A stretch of 64,000 nucleotides of DNA from Octopus sinensis (taxonomy: Eukaryota): contig NC_043007.1 in assembly GCF_006345805.1 (NCBI RefSeq), positions 26,474,001 to 26,538,000 on the forward strand, written 5' to 3'. The notes beneath the pieces were generated by a model. The model had not been told where the DNA came from and ran no database searches. It saw nothing but the letters and a program-made list of their open reading frames with translations. Both the position numbers and the translations under genes were made by a program. Of the stretch, positions 1 to 16,230 are shown in pieces (the stretch's first letter is position 1; each line of letters begins with the position of its first letter).

Positions 1-952
1 TGACTGATCGCTTGCCAAAACTACTCTAAGTAATAAGGTTTTTAATTGAACAGGAAGCTGGGTAAGTGATTGAAGGATAGAGGAGAGAGGAAACTGTTTG
101 TGAGATGAAGACACAGAGAAAGAGAAAAAAGGGGACATATTAGGGGGTAGGAAGGAGGTAAAGAAAAGTGCTACAGAAAATGCAAATGATAGAGAGATGA
201 GGTGGATAATCACTCTTACAATAGAGAAATGGGAAATAGATTGAGAAAGAGATAGGGAAGATTTTCCCAGATCATTCATGCAGCAAATGACTAAATTAAT
301 TTGTTCCGAGTGAGGATCGAAACCGTATCGCTAGTAAAGGTAATAGTTGTTCTTGTTGTTGTTCAAACCCGCGCTAACCCCGAATGAGCGTATCCATGCT
401 AGCAAGTATTCAGCCGTTCAAGAATTTCGACCTGCAGGTCTCCATTTCCAGCGATTTCGAGGGTCACCTCCCAGTGGTGTCGGGCATTAACGAAGAGCCC
501 TCGACTACAACAAGACGACCAAAGTTTTTTTTCCAAGGTCTGGAGTCTCCCGCCCCTAAGACCATCACCTAATCACCCTTACCTGTCTTGTTGCTTAACA
601 ACAGCAAGTGTTCAAGAGATGACCACTCTGTCTTTCTGTAAAGTATGTTGTAATCTCTATTATTTCAGTCCCTTGTTGTGCAGCACCTTGGTCCATTTTG
701 GAATGGTTGCTCTTAAACATCAGGTTTTCTTTGTGAAGTGATTGCTAGTCTCTCACTGACCAAGTTCTACATTTCTTGAGTAAAGTATACCGAGAATGGT
801 CCACAAGCAGCCAATTCAAAGAAAAAATGAAAGAAGAAAAAAGAAAAAGAAGAATAAGGGAGAAGATACAAACTAGTACAAGACTTGTATTTTTATATGA
901 CGACCCAGGAGGCACGAAAATGTCCGTTTATACTCATGTCAGATTAACTCGT

Positions 953-1205
953 GCAGGTGCGTGGCTTAGTGGTTCGGGCGTCAGCATCATGATCTTAAGA
1001 TTGTGGTTTCGATTCCTGGACCGGGCAACGCGTTGTGTTCTTGAGCAAAACACTTCATTTCAAGTTGCTCCAGTCCAGTCAGCTGGCAAAAATGAGTAAC
1101 GCTGTGAAGGACTGGTGATCCGTCCAGCTGGGGAGCATATATGCCATAGAAACCGAGAAACCGAGCCATGAGTCTGGCTAGGCTTTAAAAGGGTGCATTT
1201 ATTAT
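953..1205 (+). mobile_element. tRNA-derived SINE, family B (CORE-like centre)
   Basis: A-box TGGCTTAGTGG and B-box-like TTTCGATTCC, then TGTGTTCTTGAGCAAAACACTT...GCTCCAGTCCA and an AT-rich tail; homologues at 17253-17514 (-) and 51637-51885 (+). Confidence 0.8.
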
Positions 1206-1560
1206 TTATTATAAGGTTAACTCACTTATTTTAGCCCACCTCCCCCATCAGACCATTTCCATACATGTCATAAAAAATTGGATTCTAGTTGTTCACAGAT
1301 AATAGATTAACATCTGCGAATTAGGGATCTCTATATAGTTTCTGTCCCGTGTCATTAACCTACACACACACACACACACACACACATATCCATTCCTTTC
1401 GCTGTGTATTAACGCTAACATTAGTTCACTTATTATTGCCTTAACGTCTGTATCATTCCTTTTACTTGAGTATTAAGCCCTATATTGTTTTAATTTACCG
1501 TTCCGTTATGAGACTACATATACTTTCTTTTTCCATAATTTGACACCCTATACATATTTC

Positions 1561-2030
1561 CTTAGTACCCACAAGGGGCAAAACACAGAGGGAACAAACA
1601 AGGACAGACAAACGGATTAAGTCGATTAGAACGACCCCAGTGCGTAACTGGTACTTAATTTATCGACCCCGGAAGGATGAAAGCAAAGTCGACCTCGGCG
1701 GAATTTGAACTCAGAACGTAACAGCAGACGAAATACGGGCTACGCATTTCGCCCGGCGTGCTAACATTTCTGCCAGCTCGCCACCTTACTAAAAGGCATG
1801 AAAAGCAAAGTCGACATCGTCAGAATTTGAACTCAGAACGTATCGGCAGACGAAATACGGGCTACGCATTTCGCCCGGCGTGCTAACATTTCTGCCAGCT
1901 CGCCGCCTTACTAAAAGGCATGAAAGGCAAAGTCGACATTGTCAGAATTTGAACTCAGAACATAAAGACAGACGAAATGCCGCGAAGCATTTCACCCAGC
2001 ATGCTAACGATTCTGCCAGCTGGCCGCCTT
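1561..2030 (-). mobile_element. SINE family C: one full copy plus two extra tandem ~120-bp 5' units
   Basis: Three repeats of the head (GGC)GGCGAGCTGGCAGAA...GAGTTCAAATTC; body TTCATCCTTCCGGGGTCGATAAATTAAGTACCAG in the full copy. Confidence 0.85.
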
Positions 2031-2125
2031 TGTGACGCCCTATTTATTTAATACCTCTATACTCTTTCTAGTACTATGAAATCATTCCATTTATTCTTAA
2101 TGTTACCATGGTATTAAACTCTATG

Positions 2126-2366
2126 TGGAGGCGCAATGGCCCAGTGGTTAGGGCAGCGGACTCGCGGTCATAGGGCGTTGTGAGTGTTTATTGAGCGAAA
2201 ACACCTACAGCTCCACGAGGCTCCGGCTGAATATCCCCGAGAACTACGTTAAGGGTACACGTGTCTGTGGAGTGCTCAGCCACATACACGTTAATTTCAC
2301 GAGCAGACTGTTCCGTTGATTCGGATCAACCGGAACCCTCGTCGTCGTAACCGACGGAGTGCTTCC
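2126..2366 (+). mobile_element. SINE family A, internally deleted, 12-bp TSD
   Basis: GGAGGCGCAATGGCCCAGTGGTTAGGGCAGCGG head and CGACGGAGTGCTTCC end; ATTAAACTCTAT at 2113-2124 and 2367-2378. Confidence 0.9.
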
Positions 2367-2480
2367 ATTAAACTCTATATCCTTTCTGTTAATTCATTAT
2401 CAACTTCTTATCTTTTATGCTATCATGACATTAATCCCTTTATTCTTCGCTTAACACTATATAAACACCTATATTTTCTT

Positions 2481-3362
<882 letters not shown>

Positions 3363-3528
3363 TGAGAAAAAAAAAAGAATAATATTAAAGTCTGTAACAT
3401 TTATTATTACCATGATAGCTATCAACTTTGTAGGCTTTCTCTTGACGTGATGCAGATATCAATATCCTTTCTGCTAGTATGATATCACTCACTAAACCAT
3501 TTCTGTGGCCGTGCTATATATTTCTGTT

Positions 3529-4332
3529 CCGTAAATACGCATTTTTTTCCAAAAATTTAAAGGTCAAAATCCCTAGTGCCTATATATACGAGGTTAAAAA
3601 TGAAAAATATTTTCTAAGCAATGTCCGAGTCTCTTATTTGCTGTCCAGCAATGTTTATTCAGACGCATTTTGTGATGTTGGGCGCGAAAATACCTTAAAT
3701 CATCCATAATTTGCAGTTAGCAACATCTATTAAACGTTATTACTGTTATTTCTTTATTTTCTGCAAACAAAATGCGCAAAAAAAGCTACACGTTTGCATT
3801 ATGCTATATATTAAAAAAAACGATAACCGTCACCCTTTTCAAGCCTAGCCAGACTCATGGGCTCGGTTTCCCGGTTTGTGTGGCGTATGTGTTCCCCACA
3901 GCTGGACGGGACGCCAGTCCATCGCAGCGTTACTCAAGAAACATGAAGAGAGAATGAGAGAAAGTTGTGGCGAATGAGTACAACAGGGGTTGCCGCCACC
4001 CCCTGCCGAAGCCTCGTGGAGCTTTTAGGTGTTTTCGCTCAATAAACATACACAATGCCCGGTCTGGGAATCGAAACCGCGATCCTGCGACCGCGAGTCC
4101 GCTGCCCGAACCACTGGGCCATTGCGCCTCCACTATGTTATACATACAATAATAATAAAGGACGTTACCGTATACATTTTTACAAACCAAAGACGTTATA
4201 TAGACCTCCTTGACTCAAGTTAGAGAAGGAGTGCGTATTATACACAAGGTTTGGGTTTTTCAGAGGTATAGCCCCCTAAAAGTCCCCTGCGTATTATACT
4301 CAAGGGCGGACTATACTCGAGGATTTACAGTA
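3529..4332. mobile_element. Probable pogo/Tc1-type non-autonomous DNA transposon interrupted by SINE fragments
   Basis: Right end GCGGACTATACTCGAGGATTTACAGTA with subterminal TGCGTATTATAC repeats; left end CCGTAAATACGCATTT matches its reverse complement with a ~30-bp deletion. SINE B 3' piece (~3830-3935, -) and SINE A 5' piece (~3950-4132, -) lie inside. Confidence 0.35.
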
Positions 4333-4797
4333 TATTTTTCTGTCTGAAGAAGAACAAATGTCCGAAAAGTTACATTCCATGATCCTTTATTGAATCAACT
4401 CATTACTTCGCATTCCATCCATTCTCAGTGAATCCACACTGTATTCTTTGTATGTTTTAACGGGTAGTTCTCGTCACTGTTTAAATCCAAATACGATCTG
4501 ATACAGTACATTTTTTATGAAAGGCATTCCATTCCCATCAGGACAGAGAAGTTACTCAGTCGTGGGTTCATCGCATTTAATAAACAACAGGTTTAAAAGG
4601 ATCAATAAACGATCTTCTGTATTTATGATGTTCTCGGACAAGAGAATTTATACGTCGCTCGGATGAAACAAATATAACAAGAGTTATATTTTTATTTGAA
4701 AGCACAGTTGTATTGATTTTATCGACAATGTTTACATATTTTACTGATATTTATATAGATACATCGGCAAAGTGAGGAGCACTCTGGTTTTAAATAT

Positions 4798-5176
4798 CAC
4801 TGGAAGTATCGCCCGGCGTTGCTCGGATTTGTTTCGACCCTTTAGAATTGGAATTTTTGAAAAGTAAAAATTTTGCATTATGTAGTTCGTTATTCTCTTT
4901 AAGTGAACATTTTTCTGGTGGAAATACACCGAAAAATGGCGACACAGCAGTAAAAAATCGTAAAAAATCGGGATTTTCATAGAACAAAAAAGTGCCTTTT
5001 CATGTAAATAATTTACAAGGTCCGATTTGAAATTTTCTTCTACGGAAGAAAGAGCAAGCCTTCTTCTAACATACTCTCAATTTTGGTCAACTTGCGCCGG
5101 AGGAGATAGTGTTAGTTGAAGGCTACCAAACTTGCCACACACACACACAGACAACTTCAGCTTTATATACATAGAT
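4798..5176 (+). mobile_element. Non-autonomous Helitron-like (Lep1-type) element
   Basis: Starts (C)ACTGGAAGTATCGCCCGGCGTTGCTCGG and ends (CA)n-GACAACTTCAGCTTTATATACATAGAT, the architecture I recall for Lep1-type rolling-circle elements; no TIR. Confidence 0.55.
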
Positions 5177-5716
5177 TGGAAAGCACAGTTGTATTGATTT
5201 TATCGACAATGTTTACATCTTTTACCGATATTTATATAGATATATCGGCAAAGTGAGGAGCACTCTGGTTTTAAATATTGATGTACTTCATAGAGCAAGC
5301 AGCTGCTTGTAGCTGAAGTAGATTCTGGCCCTAAAGAAAATACCTAATTTTCGAGATGCAGATTTGATAATGTCAAAACTACGTAGAAAGCCATGACAGG
5401 CGTAGCGCATGAGCATAAATAAATTTCTACTCGTGGTTTACGCGCATCTGGGAAGATTGCATAGGGTTGTGTGTTTCCATTAAGCAGTTTGGTGATTGTG
5501 TTTGGGGGCTGCTCTGCCGCTATATAATGATGATTTTATTCAAGATCTCTGTTTATAGAAACGATTTATGCGCACTGTCAGCTAAACACTTATATATACC
5601 TATACATGTATATACATACTTTTAAAATGGATATACTTTACAAGTTGAATATATCTATATCCGCATTATGTATACACATGAGTGTTTAAATATATAATAT
5701 ATGTATATATATATAT

Positions 5717-5765
<49 letters not shown>

Positions 5766-5885
5766 TATGCATATATATATACACACATATATATATACAC
5801 ACATATATATATATGCATATACATGTTCATATATGCATATATATATATATATAATATATATATATGCATATATGTATATATATAT

Positions 5886-5917
<32 letters not shown>

Positions 5918-6020
5918 ATATATATAATATATATAATATTAGGGAATAAATCCAAACTTACAGGGAGAAATTAGATTTAGGATTAATCCAATTTTATAGT
6001 ACAAATATATTATATTATAT

Positions 6021-6178
6021 TATATTATATTAAATTAGAGATAAAACCACTATTAGGCAAATCAAACAGTGAAAAACATAAGCCAATACATAAAATGAAT
6101 TTAAAAATATAAAAGTTAAAAATAAAAAAATTATTTAAATAATTTAAACTTATGATTTATCTCTAATTTAATATAATA

Positions 6179-6180
<2 letters not shown>
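6021..6180. mobile_element. Short MITE-like element with 25-bp perfect inverted termini, in (TA)n
   Basis: TATATTATATTAAATTAGAGATAAA at 6021-6045 and its exact reverse complement at 6156-6180; partial homologue on the minus strand at ~43395-43470. Confidence 0.55.
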
Positions 6181-6220
<40 letters not shown>

Positions 6221-6366
6221 CATATATATATTTATACCACTGTGTAACTGAAGTGTGTGCGCGTGTGCGCGTGTGGATGTTTGTTATTTGAAATCCAGTG
6301 ATTTTTTCTCTTGACCTCATTTTCTCCACATTTCAATTCTTTTGCGTCTTTTCCTTCTCCTCCTCC

Positions 6367-6390
6367 TCATTATTATCATTATTATTGTCA

Positions 6391-6433
<43 letters not shown>

Positions 6434-6470
6434 CATTATTATCATTGTTATTGTAATTATTATTATCATC

Positions 6471-6535
<65 letters not shown>

Positions 6536-6564
6536 CATTATTATCATTATTATCATTGTTATTG

Positions 6565-6653
<89 letters not shown>
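6367..6653. repeat. Compound (TAT)n/(TAG)n microsatellite
   Basis: Direct inspection; source of the poly-I/Y/N/L ORFs. Confidence 0.95.
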
Positions 6654-6654
<1 letters not shown>

Positions 6655-7041
6655 ATATACACATATTCCTATTCTTTCAAAGTTTGTATACGCTCAGAAA
6701 TAACGACGCACACAGACGAATGCAAATACGCTGACACGCACGCACTCACACATTCCCCACCCCACCCCTTCGCATCACTCATTTTCTTCTCTTTTCTTTA
6801 CATATATATATTATATACACATGTGTGTATGTGTGTATGTACATTTAATTCTATGTTGCGTGTGCGTGTGCCCGATAGAATGCAAAGAGACGAAAATCAC
6901 CGTGATCTCTTATCTCCACGAAAACCAGATGTGTTTAAACCGGCACGTCACAAATATGTACGTCTCTATTATATATATATATATATCTATATATATATAT
7001 ATATAATATATATTTATATATATATACATATATATATATAT

Positions 7042-7086
<45 letters not shown>

Positions 7087-7104
7087 CATATATACATAAT
7101 ATAT

Positions 7105-7151
<47 letters not shown>

Positions 7152-7567
7152 ACATCAATACATACATTCATGCATACATGCATATATACATACATATATA
7201 CATGCACACACACACATTTGTACAAACACAAATACACACGCTCATATAAGTGAATGTGTGTGTTTATATGTATTAAAGTGCTTGCATATGTGTGGCATAA
7301 TATATGCATACACCGATACACAGAGGCACACACTCACACACACACACACACATATATATGTGCGTCTGTAAGTGATTTCAAATCATATATTTATATATAC
7401 ATATATGCATATATATGCACATAAACATACATACATACATGCATGCATACATGCATGCATACATACATACATACACATACACACGCACTTATATATGAAT
7501 GCGTGTTTATATGTCTTAAAAATACTGCTACATGGGGCATGATATATATATATCTACAAATATACAT

Positions 7568-7598
<31 letters not shown>

Positions 7599-7890
7599 TA
7601 TGTATACATATGAATTATGTATGTGCGTTTGTAAGTGATTTTAAAGTATATATTTATACATACATACATGCGTATATGAATATACATTTGTGTTTGTGTG
7701 TCATAATGAAATACTTCCAAGTCAAGTACATCCGAAATCTCAAAGGAATCCATTCGCTTAAGATATTGATTAAATTCCGAGAAGGCTAAACATTTGGTGC
7801 CAACGTAAATTCTTGCTTACTTCACAAAGTCAATGGTGCTCCTTCTGTTCACTTCATGTTAACATCGCATTGTTTTATTTATTTATTCAT

Positions 7891-7937
<47 letters not shown>

Positions 7938-8427
7938 TATACCTATTTATTTATTTGCGATTTCATTTCTTGAAATTTTCTTTCATTCTTCTTCTTCTTT
8001 CTTCTGTATTCTTTACTTTCTCCAGTCCTTCATTTTTTTTCGTCTCTTTTATTTCTTTTTCCTTGTTTCTTCTTATTTCGTCAAGTTGTTGTTGTTGTTG
8101 TTGTTGTTCTCGTTCTCGTTCCTGTTGCTTCTTGTCCTTGGTGTGTCGTTTTTGTTTTTTTTTGATATTCTTCTAGTTCTTCCATTTTTTTTCGCGTTTT
8201 TCATCTTTTCTTGGATGCTCAATGCTGTCGTCATCGTCGTCGTCATTATTGTCGTTCTAGCTGTTGTTAATGTTGTTGTTGTTGTTGTTGTTGTTGATGT
8301 TCCTCTTCTTCTACCTCTTCTTTCTCCTCCTCTTCTTCGTGTCTTGTTGCTTTTGTCCACGTTGTGATCGTTGCGATTGTAAGTGTTTCTGATGTCGTTG
8401 TTAACCTGATTTTTATCCCCACCCCAC

Positions 8428-8464
<37 letters not shown>

Positions 8465-8691
8465 GTTATCATCATCATCTTCCTCATCATCATAATCATC
8501 ATCATCATATCTATCATCATCATCCTCCTCCTCATCATCATCATCATTATCGTTATCATCATCGTTATCATCATCATACTCCTCCTCGTCATCATCATCA
8601 TAATCATCACCATCACCACCACCACCACCACACCACCACCACCACCACCACCACCACCACTATCATCATCATCATCATCATCATAATCATA

Positions 8692-8739
<48 letters not shown>

Positions 8740-8922
8740 GTTATTATCATTATCCTACTTCTTCAAGCAGCCCCAACTTCTTGATTTATCTATTTATATT
8801 TCAAAAATATAATCTGCCGCCTCTTCGATAAAAACTAGGTTCAGCTTTAGAAAGAATTAATAAATAATCTTTCTTTCGTTCCTTCTTCCATTCCTTCTTT
8901 ATTCTTTCTTTCTTTCATTCCT

Positions 8923-8954
<32 letters not shown>

Positions 8955-9264
8955 ACAATCTTTTATTTCTGTCCTTTCGATTTTTCTACTCCAGTCCATC
9001 CACCTAGATCGCGTGCTTTGTTCTTCAGAAATCACCCCACCTCTCCACCTACTTGAAACATCCCACAATTCTTTGCCTTATTGATTTGTTGTTGTTGTTC
9101 TTTTTCTTCTTCTTCTTCTTCTTATTATTATTATTATTATTAATATTATTATTATTATTATTGTTAATATTATTATTATTATTGCTGTTTTTATCATCAA
9201 CATCATTATCCTCATCGTCGTCATCGTTATCCTCTTCCTCCTCCTCCTCCTCTCCTCCTCCTCC

Positions 9265-9296
<32 letters not shown>

Positions 9297-9618
9297 GACA
9301 TCACCATCATCAGTCTTTACCTCACCTTCATCTTCCCTCCTCATCATCAACATCATCGTCGTTCCACTCGACGCCATCCTCATCTTGTGTATATAATTCA
9401 TGATTCAGGAGAAAATACATCAAGAGCTTTGTTCCTTCTTTACATTCAAAAGAATTAGGTGTTTCGTAGAAGGAAATAAAAAAAACAAGAAATAGCTATA
9501 CTATGTATAATAATGTTCAAACTCAATAAATGTTCTGTAAAATGCCCGCCCTCACAATGTCTCCTTACGCAGTGCACATAGTATTGCTACTTTCTATATA
9601 TATATATATATAATATAT

Positions 9619-9651
<33 letters not shown>

Positions 9652-9787
9652 CTTATACAGAGCTGACATCACGACGTCGACGACCACCACCACCACCATC
9701 ATCACCATCATAATCATCATCATAATCATCGTCGTCGTCGTCGTCGACATCATCAGTATTATTATTATTATTATTATCATAGTTATT

Positions 9788-9948
9788 GACTTAGGGAGCA
9801 GTGCATGCCACCAAAGTGGCACTAAGGTAAAATATACGAAACCCAGTATACCCATCATGACTACCCGTCTGATAAGGGTACACCAGGCACATGCATTACA
9901 ATCATAAGTGCGTGTCATAGTGATTTCATATCAAGATTAACAGCGCAT
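9788..9948 (-). mobile_element. Element E, 3' fragment
   Basis: Matches the 3' end of 18221-18765; next to a (TAT)n tract. Confidence 0.8.
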
Positions 9949-10599
9949 TATTATTTTTATCATTATTTACTGCGTATTCTAGCAGGACGTGTTTTTGACT
10001 TCATGTTTGAAGTGGTGTGTTTTTATTACACGGAAGATTGTTGCATGAACTTCTTCCCACAAAAATACCTTTCCCACAAAAATACCTACTCACAAATGTC
10101 TTAAGCTATAACAAAATGCGTATAATTATGTATTTCAGACACATTTTGCTTGCTCCTTACTCTTACTCCTTAACTGCGAAACACCTGAGGCAATACCCCC
10201 CACCCACCCGCGAATTGCAAATTGACAAAGAATAAAATTAAAATATTCAAACGCAGCAAGCAAACCGAAAATGAAAAGCAGCTTAATTGCCCAGAAAAAT
10301 GTTTTAATTTGGACAGCAATGACAAGAAAAATAATTCAGGCTGGAATACTGTAGTGAAAATATATTTCAATAAATGCAGCAACAAAATAGAAACATATGC
10401 AGTCTTTGACAGTCTAAAGAAAATCTTTATTTTGCATGCAAATTGCACGTTTGCTAATGTAGTAAATGACACGGAATACGTGAATTTGATTATTTTTTCG
10501 TAGGTTGAGTGAATGTGAACGTAGCACGTTTCGAAGTAAAGCCTCTCTTTGATGACTACATACAGGAGCGATTCAAAAAATTACTTCTCATTTATATTA

Positions 10600-10810
10600 C
10601 TTCCCCAAAAGTTCAAATGCTCTCTCCAAAGAATACCAGAATAGCCCATCCTACCCTAAAAGTCCTTGAATAAAGTTTGTTTAAGAATGATGAATGAAAC
10701 ACCCATGTTTGCAGAGGTGAATAATTCATACTTCAAAGAATTCCTCTCAACATATGGCTATGATGCTCCCCCAGTACTTCTGCCTGTGATCAAATGCTCT
10801 CTGCAAAGAA
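10600..10810 (-). mobile_element. Element E, degenerate internal fragment
   Basis: AGCCCATCC...GGCTATGATGCTCCCCCA(G)TACTTCTGC matches ~12395-12545. Confidence 0.7.
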
Positions 10811-10971
10811 CAGCAGAAAGAAGCCTTTTGGTGGGGTCGAAAAATCATACTCTTTTGAGTAAGGCGGCTCCAACCGGATGATCTGCATCTATTTTGCGAT
10901 CAAAGCCTCACCGCAAATAAGCCTCGAGTATCATTATTATTATTATCATTATTATTATTATTATTATTATT

Positions 10972-12085
<1,114 letters not shown>

Positions 12086-12087
12086 TT

Positions 12088-12137
<50 letters not shown>

Positions 12138-12157
12138 TATCATCATTATTATTGTTA

Positions 12158-12192
<35 letters not shown>

Positions 12193-12718
12193 GAGTGAGA
12201 GAGCAGTTCATGCCATCAAAGTGACACTGGGGTAAAATATACGAAGCCCAGTATACCCATCATGACTACCCGTCTGATAAAGGTACACCAGACACATGCA
12301 TCACAACCATATGTGCGCGACATGGTGATCTCATATCAAGATAAACAGCACATGACTTTGCGGGTGGGGCCCAGTTAGAATTTTCTTCAGGTTGAGTAGC
12401 CCATCCTGCTCAAAAGGTCCCTGAATAAGGATTGTTTAAGGATGTTGAAAGAACCACCCATGTTTCCAGAGGTGAATTATTCAAACCCCCAAGGAATCCC
12501 TCTCAACACATGGCTATGATGCTCCCCCACTACTTCTGCTCGTGATCAGAGATGCACATATCGTCAGCCACTAAGGGACATGCTCAACTGGTTAAGGTCA
12601 AACAACTGACAAGCAAATCTGTGGTATTGAGCAGAATATTTGCTGTAGCCCATCTTTTATACCAAGACAAAACAATGTACATGATAACACTTCCAATCTG
12701 TTAAGATCAGAAGCCATG
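12193..12718 (-). mobile_element. Element E, near full length
   Basis: Colinear with 18221-18765 but lacks ~28 bp of the 5' end; (TAT)n on both sides. Confidence 0.9.
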
Positions 12719-12774
<56 letters not shown>

Positions 12775-12985
12775 GTGAGAGAGAGGTGCATGCCATCAAA
12801 ATGAAACTGGAGTACAAATATATGAAGCCCAATATACCTATCATATCTGCCCGTCTGATAAGAGTACACCAGGCACATGCATCACAACCATATGTACATG
12901 ACATGGTGATATCATATCAAAATAATCAACGCATGCCCTTGCATGTTGGGCCTAGTTAGAATTGTCTTCGGGTCGATTAGGCCTA
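12775..12985 (-). mobile_element. Element E, older 3' fragment
   Basis: Diverged GTGAGAGAGAGGTGCATGCCATCAAAATG... directly after (TAT)n. Confidence 0.8.
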
Positions 12986-13412
12986 CCAATTGTTTTATTA
13001 TTATTATTGGAGGTGGCGGTGTTGGTGTAAATGCTTGTGGTGATGGTGCTTGTTACTTTTGCAGCCGTTCAAAATAAATACCAGTCATACTCTGAGCTTG
13101 ATTCGTTCAACAATAGGGCCTTTCCAAATTTGTAGTATTGCTTCAATGCTAAAGAATTAGTTTCTTCCTCCATCACTTCTACCTCATCTGCCTCCTCCTT
13201 CTCTTCCTCCGCTTCCTCCTCTCCCTCCTCCCACTCTTCTACTTCTTCTTCCTCCTCTTCTTCCTACTACTACTAGTACCTCCACAACCACCACCACCAC
13301 CACCACCACCACCATCACTCCGAACGCCTTCGCCATCACAACCACAACCACCACGACCAACACTACCGCTGCTGCTGCTGCTACTCCTCCCCTCCTCCTC
13401 CTCCTCCTCCAC

Positions 13413-13461
<49 letters not shown>

Positions 13462-14090
13462 CACTACTATGTCGAATTAAAGAATGAACTCACTGCGAAT
13501 TAACATTTAATTGCAAAGAGCAGAGGAAAAGCAACCCCAAAATTTCTGTAAATATTCCTTTCCGGTATTGTTACCCCACTTTTGCATATAATGCCAAAAT
13601 GAATATATAATGCACACAGGAACACGTAATGAATACAATGCATTCTTCACGTCTTTGTTGGAAATCCTGTATTGATCTCTAAAGAGTTTATCACTCAGAT
13701 CAATTGAACGGAAGGTTTGTAGCAATCACTCACCATTCCTTTCCGCAAACAAATGCGCTTATAATTGTTTAATTGTATGGTAAGTAATATGTATAAATGC
13801 CTGGCACATATATAGCAAACGTACTCTTAAATTAACATATATATTTGTGTGTGGTGGTGGTGGTGGTGGTGGTGGTGGTGAGGGTAAGTGGGGGATGACA
13901 CACATGGATATATATCGAAAATGCGCTTACATTTACATTTTAAACATACGCGCGGACATAAGATGCGTGTTTACATGCACGCGGACAAACATACGCGCAC
14001 ATGTGTGCATATATCTGTGTATCTGTATTGTATATGTGTAGTTATATCTAGCTGCTTCTCTACCCCCTCTCTCTTTCTATCTATCCATCC

Positions 14091-14130
<40 letters not shown>

Positions 14131-14131
14131 G

Positions 14132-14164
<33 letters not shown>

Positions 14165-14400
14165 ATAGCTACATGTATATATATATATGCATATATATAT
14201 AGCATATATATGTGTTTGTGTGTGTATGCATATATATATATATACATGCATACATATATACCAATGAATATATGCATGAATAAACGTATATTTATGATTA
14301 CACATATAATGGTGCTTACATATCTATATGTATATAATTAAATATATATATATATATACATACATACATATATATATATATATAATATTATATATATATA

Positions 14401-14461
<61 letters not shown>

Positions 14462-15117
14462 TATACGATACACACACACACAAAATGTAAATGGAAGCTC
14501 ATCAGTTTAATCATGCAAAACACAGAACACATAAATTATGAAACCATTGCCGAGCTGTATGAAACCCCATTTAAACCTGACATATATACAATACATAAAC
14601 ATGATATAAGGGGAAAATAAACAATGGTTCTATAGTAACACTTCCTCTGCTAACTATTCAGATAATAATAATAGAAGAAAATTAATTGACTAAATTTGAT
14701 AACTTCGGGCTATATCATTAAATGTATAATCATTGGAAGATGAAACTACACAAAAATGAAAGGAAATGATAGGATCTTTGTGAAGAAAGGGAAGAAAAAT
14801 TATTGTTGGAAACCTATGAAATTAAGATCATTATTTAATCACTAGTTAAGATGTTCAACAAAATGCAGATACTTCGAGAAATATACTTTATAGAAATGCT
14901 AAGAAATACAGCCCTCCACTGGATTATAACAACACAGATACCCGGGCTTGAGAAATTACTTCACGTTAGGTTTTTACATTTGCCCTAAGTCTTAGCTCCC
15001 ATTGTATTTTCTTGATATTTATTATGGAAGGAAAAAAGGTCTGTATGAGCCTTTATTGATTTCAAGAAATTTTAGTCAAATGAATCGATGACAGACCTTT
15101 CTTTTTAAATCCTCGTG

Positions 15118-15490
15118 CTTATTCTATCGGTCACTTTTGCCGAACCGCTAGGTTACAGGGGCATAAACACACCAATGCCAATTGTGAGATGGTCGTGTGG
15201 AACAAAAAGCGGAAACTGTTGCGGAACCGCTAGGTTACAGGGACATAAGCACACCAATGCCAATTGTGAGACGGTGGTGTGGGACAAATACAGACACAAA
15301 AACACATACATATACATACATACATTCATGTACGAGCGGTTATATAATTTTCCCGTCTCCTAAACCAACTGACAAACCTTTGGTTCGCCGATAGGAAAAG
15401 CAGAAGATATTTGCCCAAGGTGCCACACAGAGAAAGAAAATCAAGACCACATGATTGTGAAGCCAGCTTCTTGCTACACAGCCAAGACTG
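15118..15490 (-). mobile_element. Old SINE D copy with an ~80-bp internal tandem duplication
   Basis: GAACCGCTAGGTTACAGGG...CACACCAATGCCAATTGTGAGA occurs twice (~15141 and ~15225). Confidence 0.65.
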
Positions 15491-16138
15491 CACCGCGGGA
15501 ATTTATAATATGTATACCAGTTACATTGTGGTCTGATTTAACCGCTTGCTCCGCCTTTCAGAATTGAGGCGTTGCGTTCAAGATACAAATTGTTATGAGT
15601 TGCTTTTGCGTTTTTGTCATGGCTGTGGATTGACAGAATCTGTAAAGCGGATATAGTAGGCTATGTAGAGTTCAGAGTTCAAATCTCAACATTGTTCTTT
15701 TGTCCATAATCGAATCCATAAAATAAAATGCCAACCCGCAAAAATTTCTCGAACTGCGCCGATGTAATTTAAATTTTGTCTATGGTAGCATTAACCTTAT
15801 CATCATCCTGAGTTTCAGTAGTATACGTAGTAGTAGAAGTATATGTTATGGTAGTAGTAGTAATATATTTAATGGTAGTAGTAATAATAGTAGTAGTAGT
15901 TGTTGTTGCTGTAACAGTAGTAGATACAGAAGTTGTAGTAATAGTTGTCGTAATAGTTGTAGTAATAGTAGAAGTAGGAGTAGAAGCAGCAGCAGTAGCA
16001 GAGTATTATTATTATTATTACTACTACTACTACTACTACTACTACTAACACTACTACTACTACTACTACTACTATTATCATTATTATTATTATTATTATT
16101 ATTATCATCATCATCATTATTATTATTATTATTATTAT

Positions 16139-16230
<92 letters not shown>

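Noticed and set aside
776-1099. 107-aa ORF
   Set aside because: A-rich low-complexity start running into a SINE B copy.
6311-6734. Long ORFs of poly-I/Y/N/L/T and similar (also ~27969-28621, 44633-45162, 61263-62173 and many more)
   Set aside because: Translations of microsatellites that lack stop codons in some frames; no coding signal.
16017-16230. (CTA)n and (TAG)n tracts able to pair across a (TAT)n spacer
   Set aside because: Simple-repeat complementarity expected in compound microsatellites.
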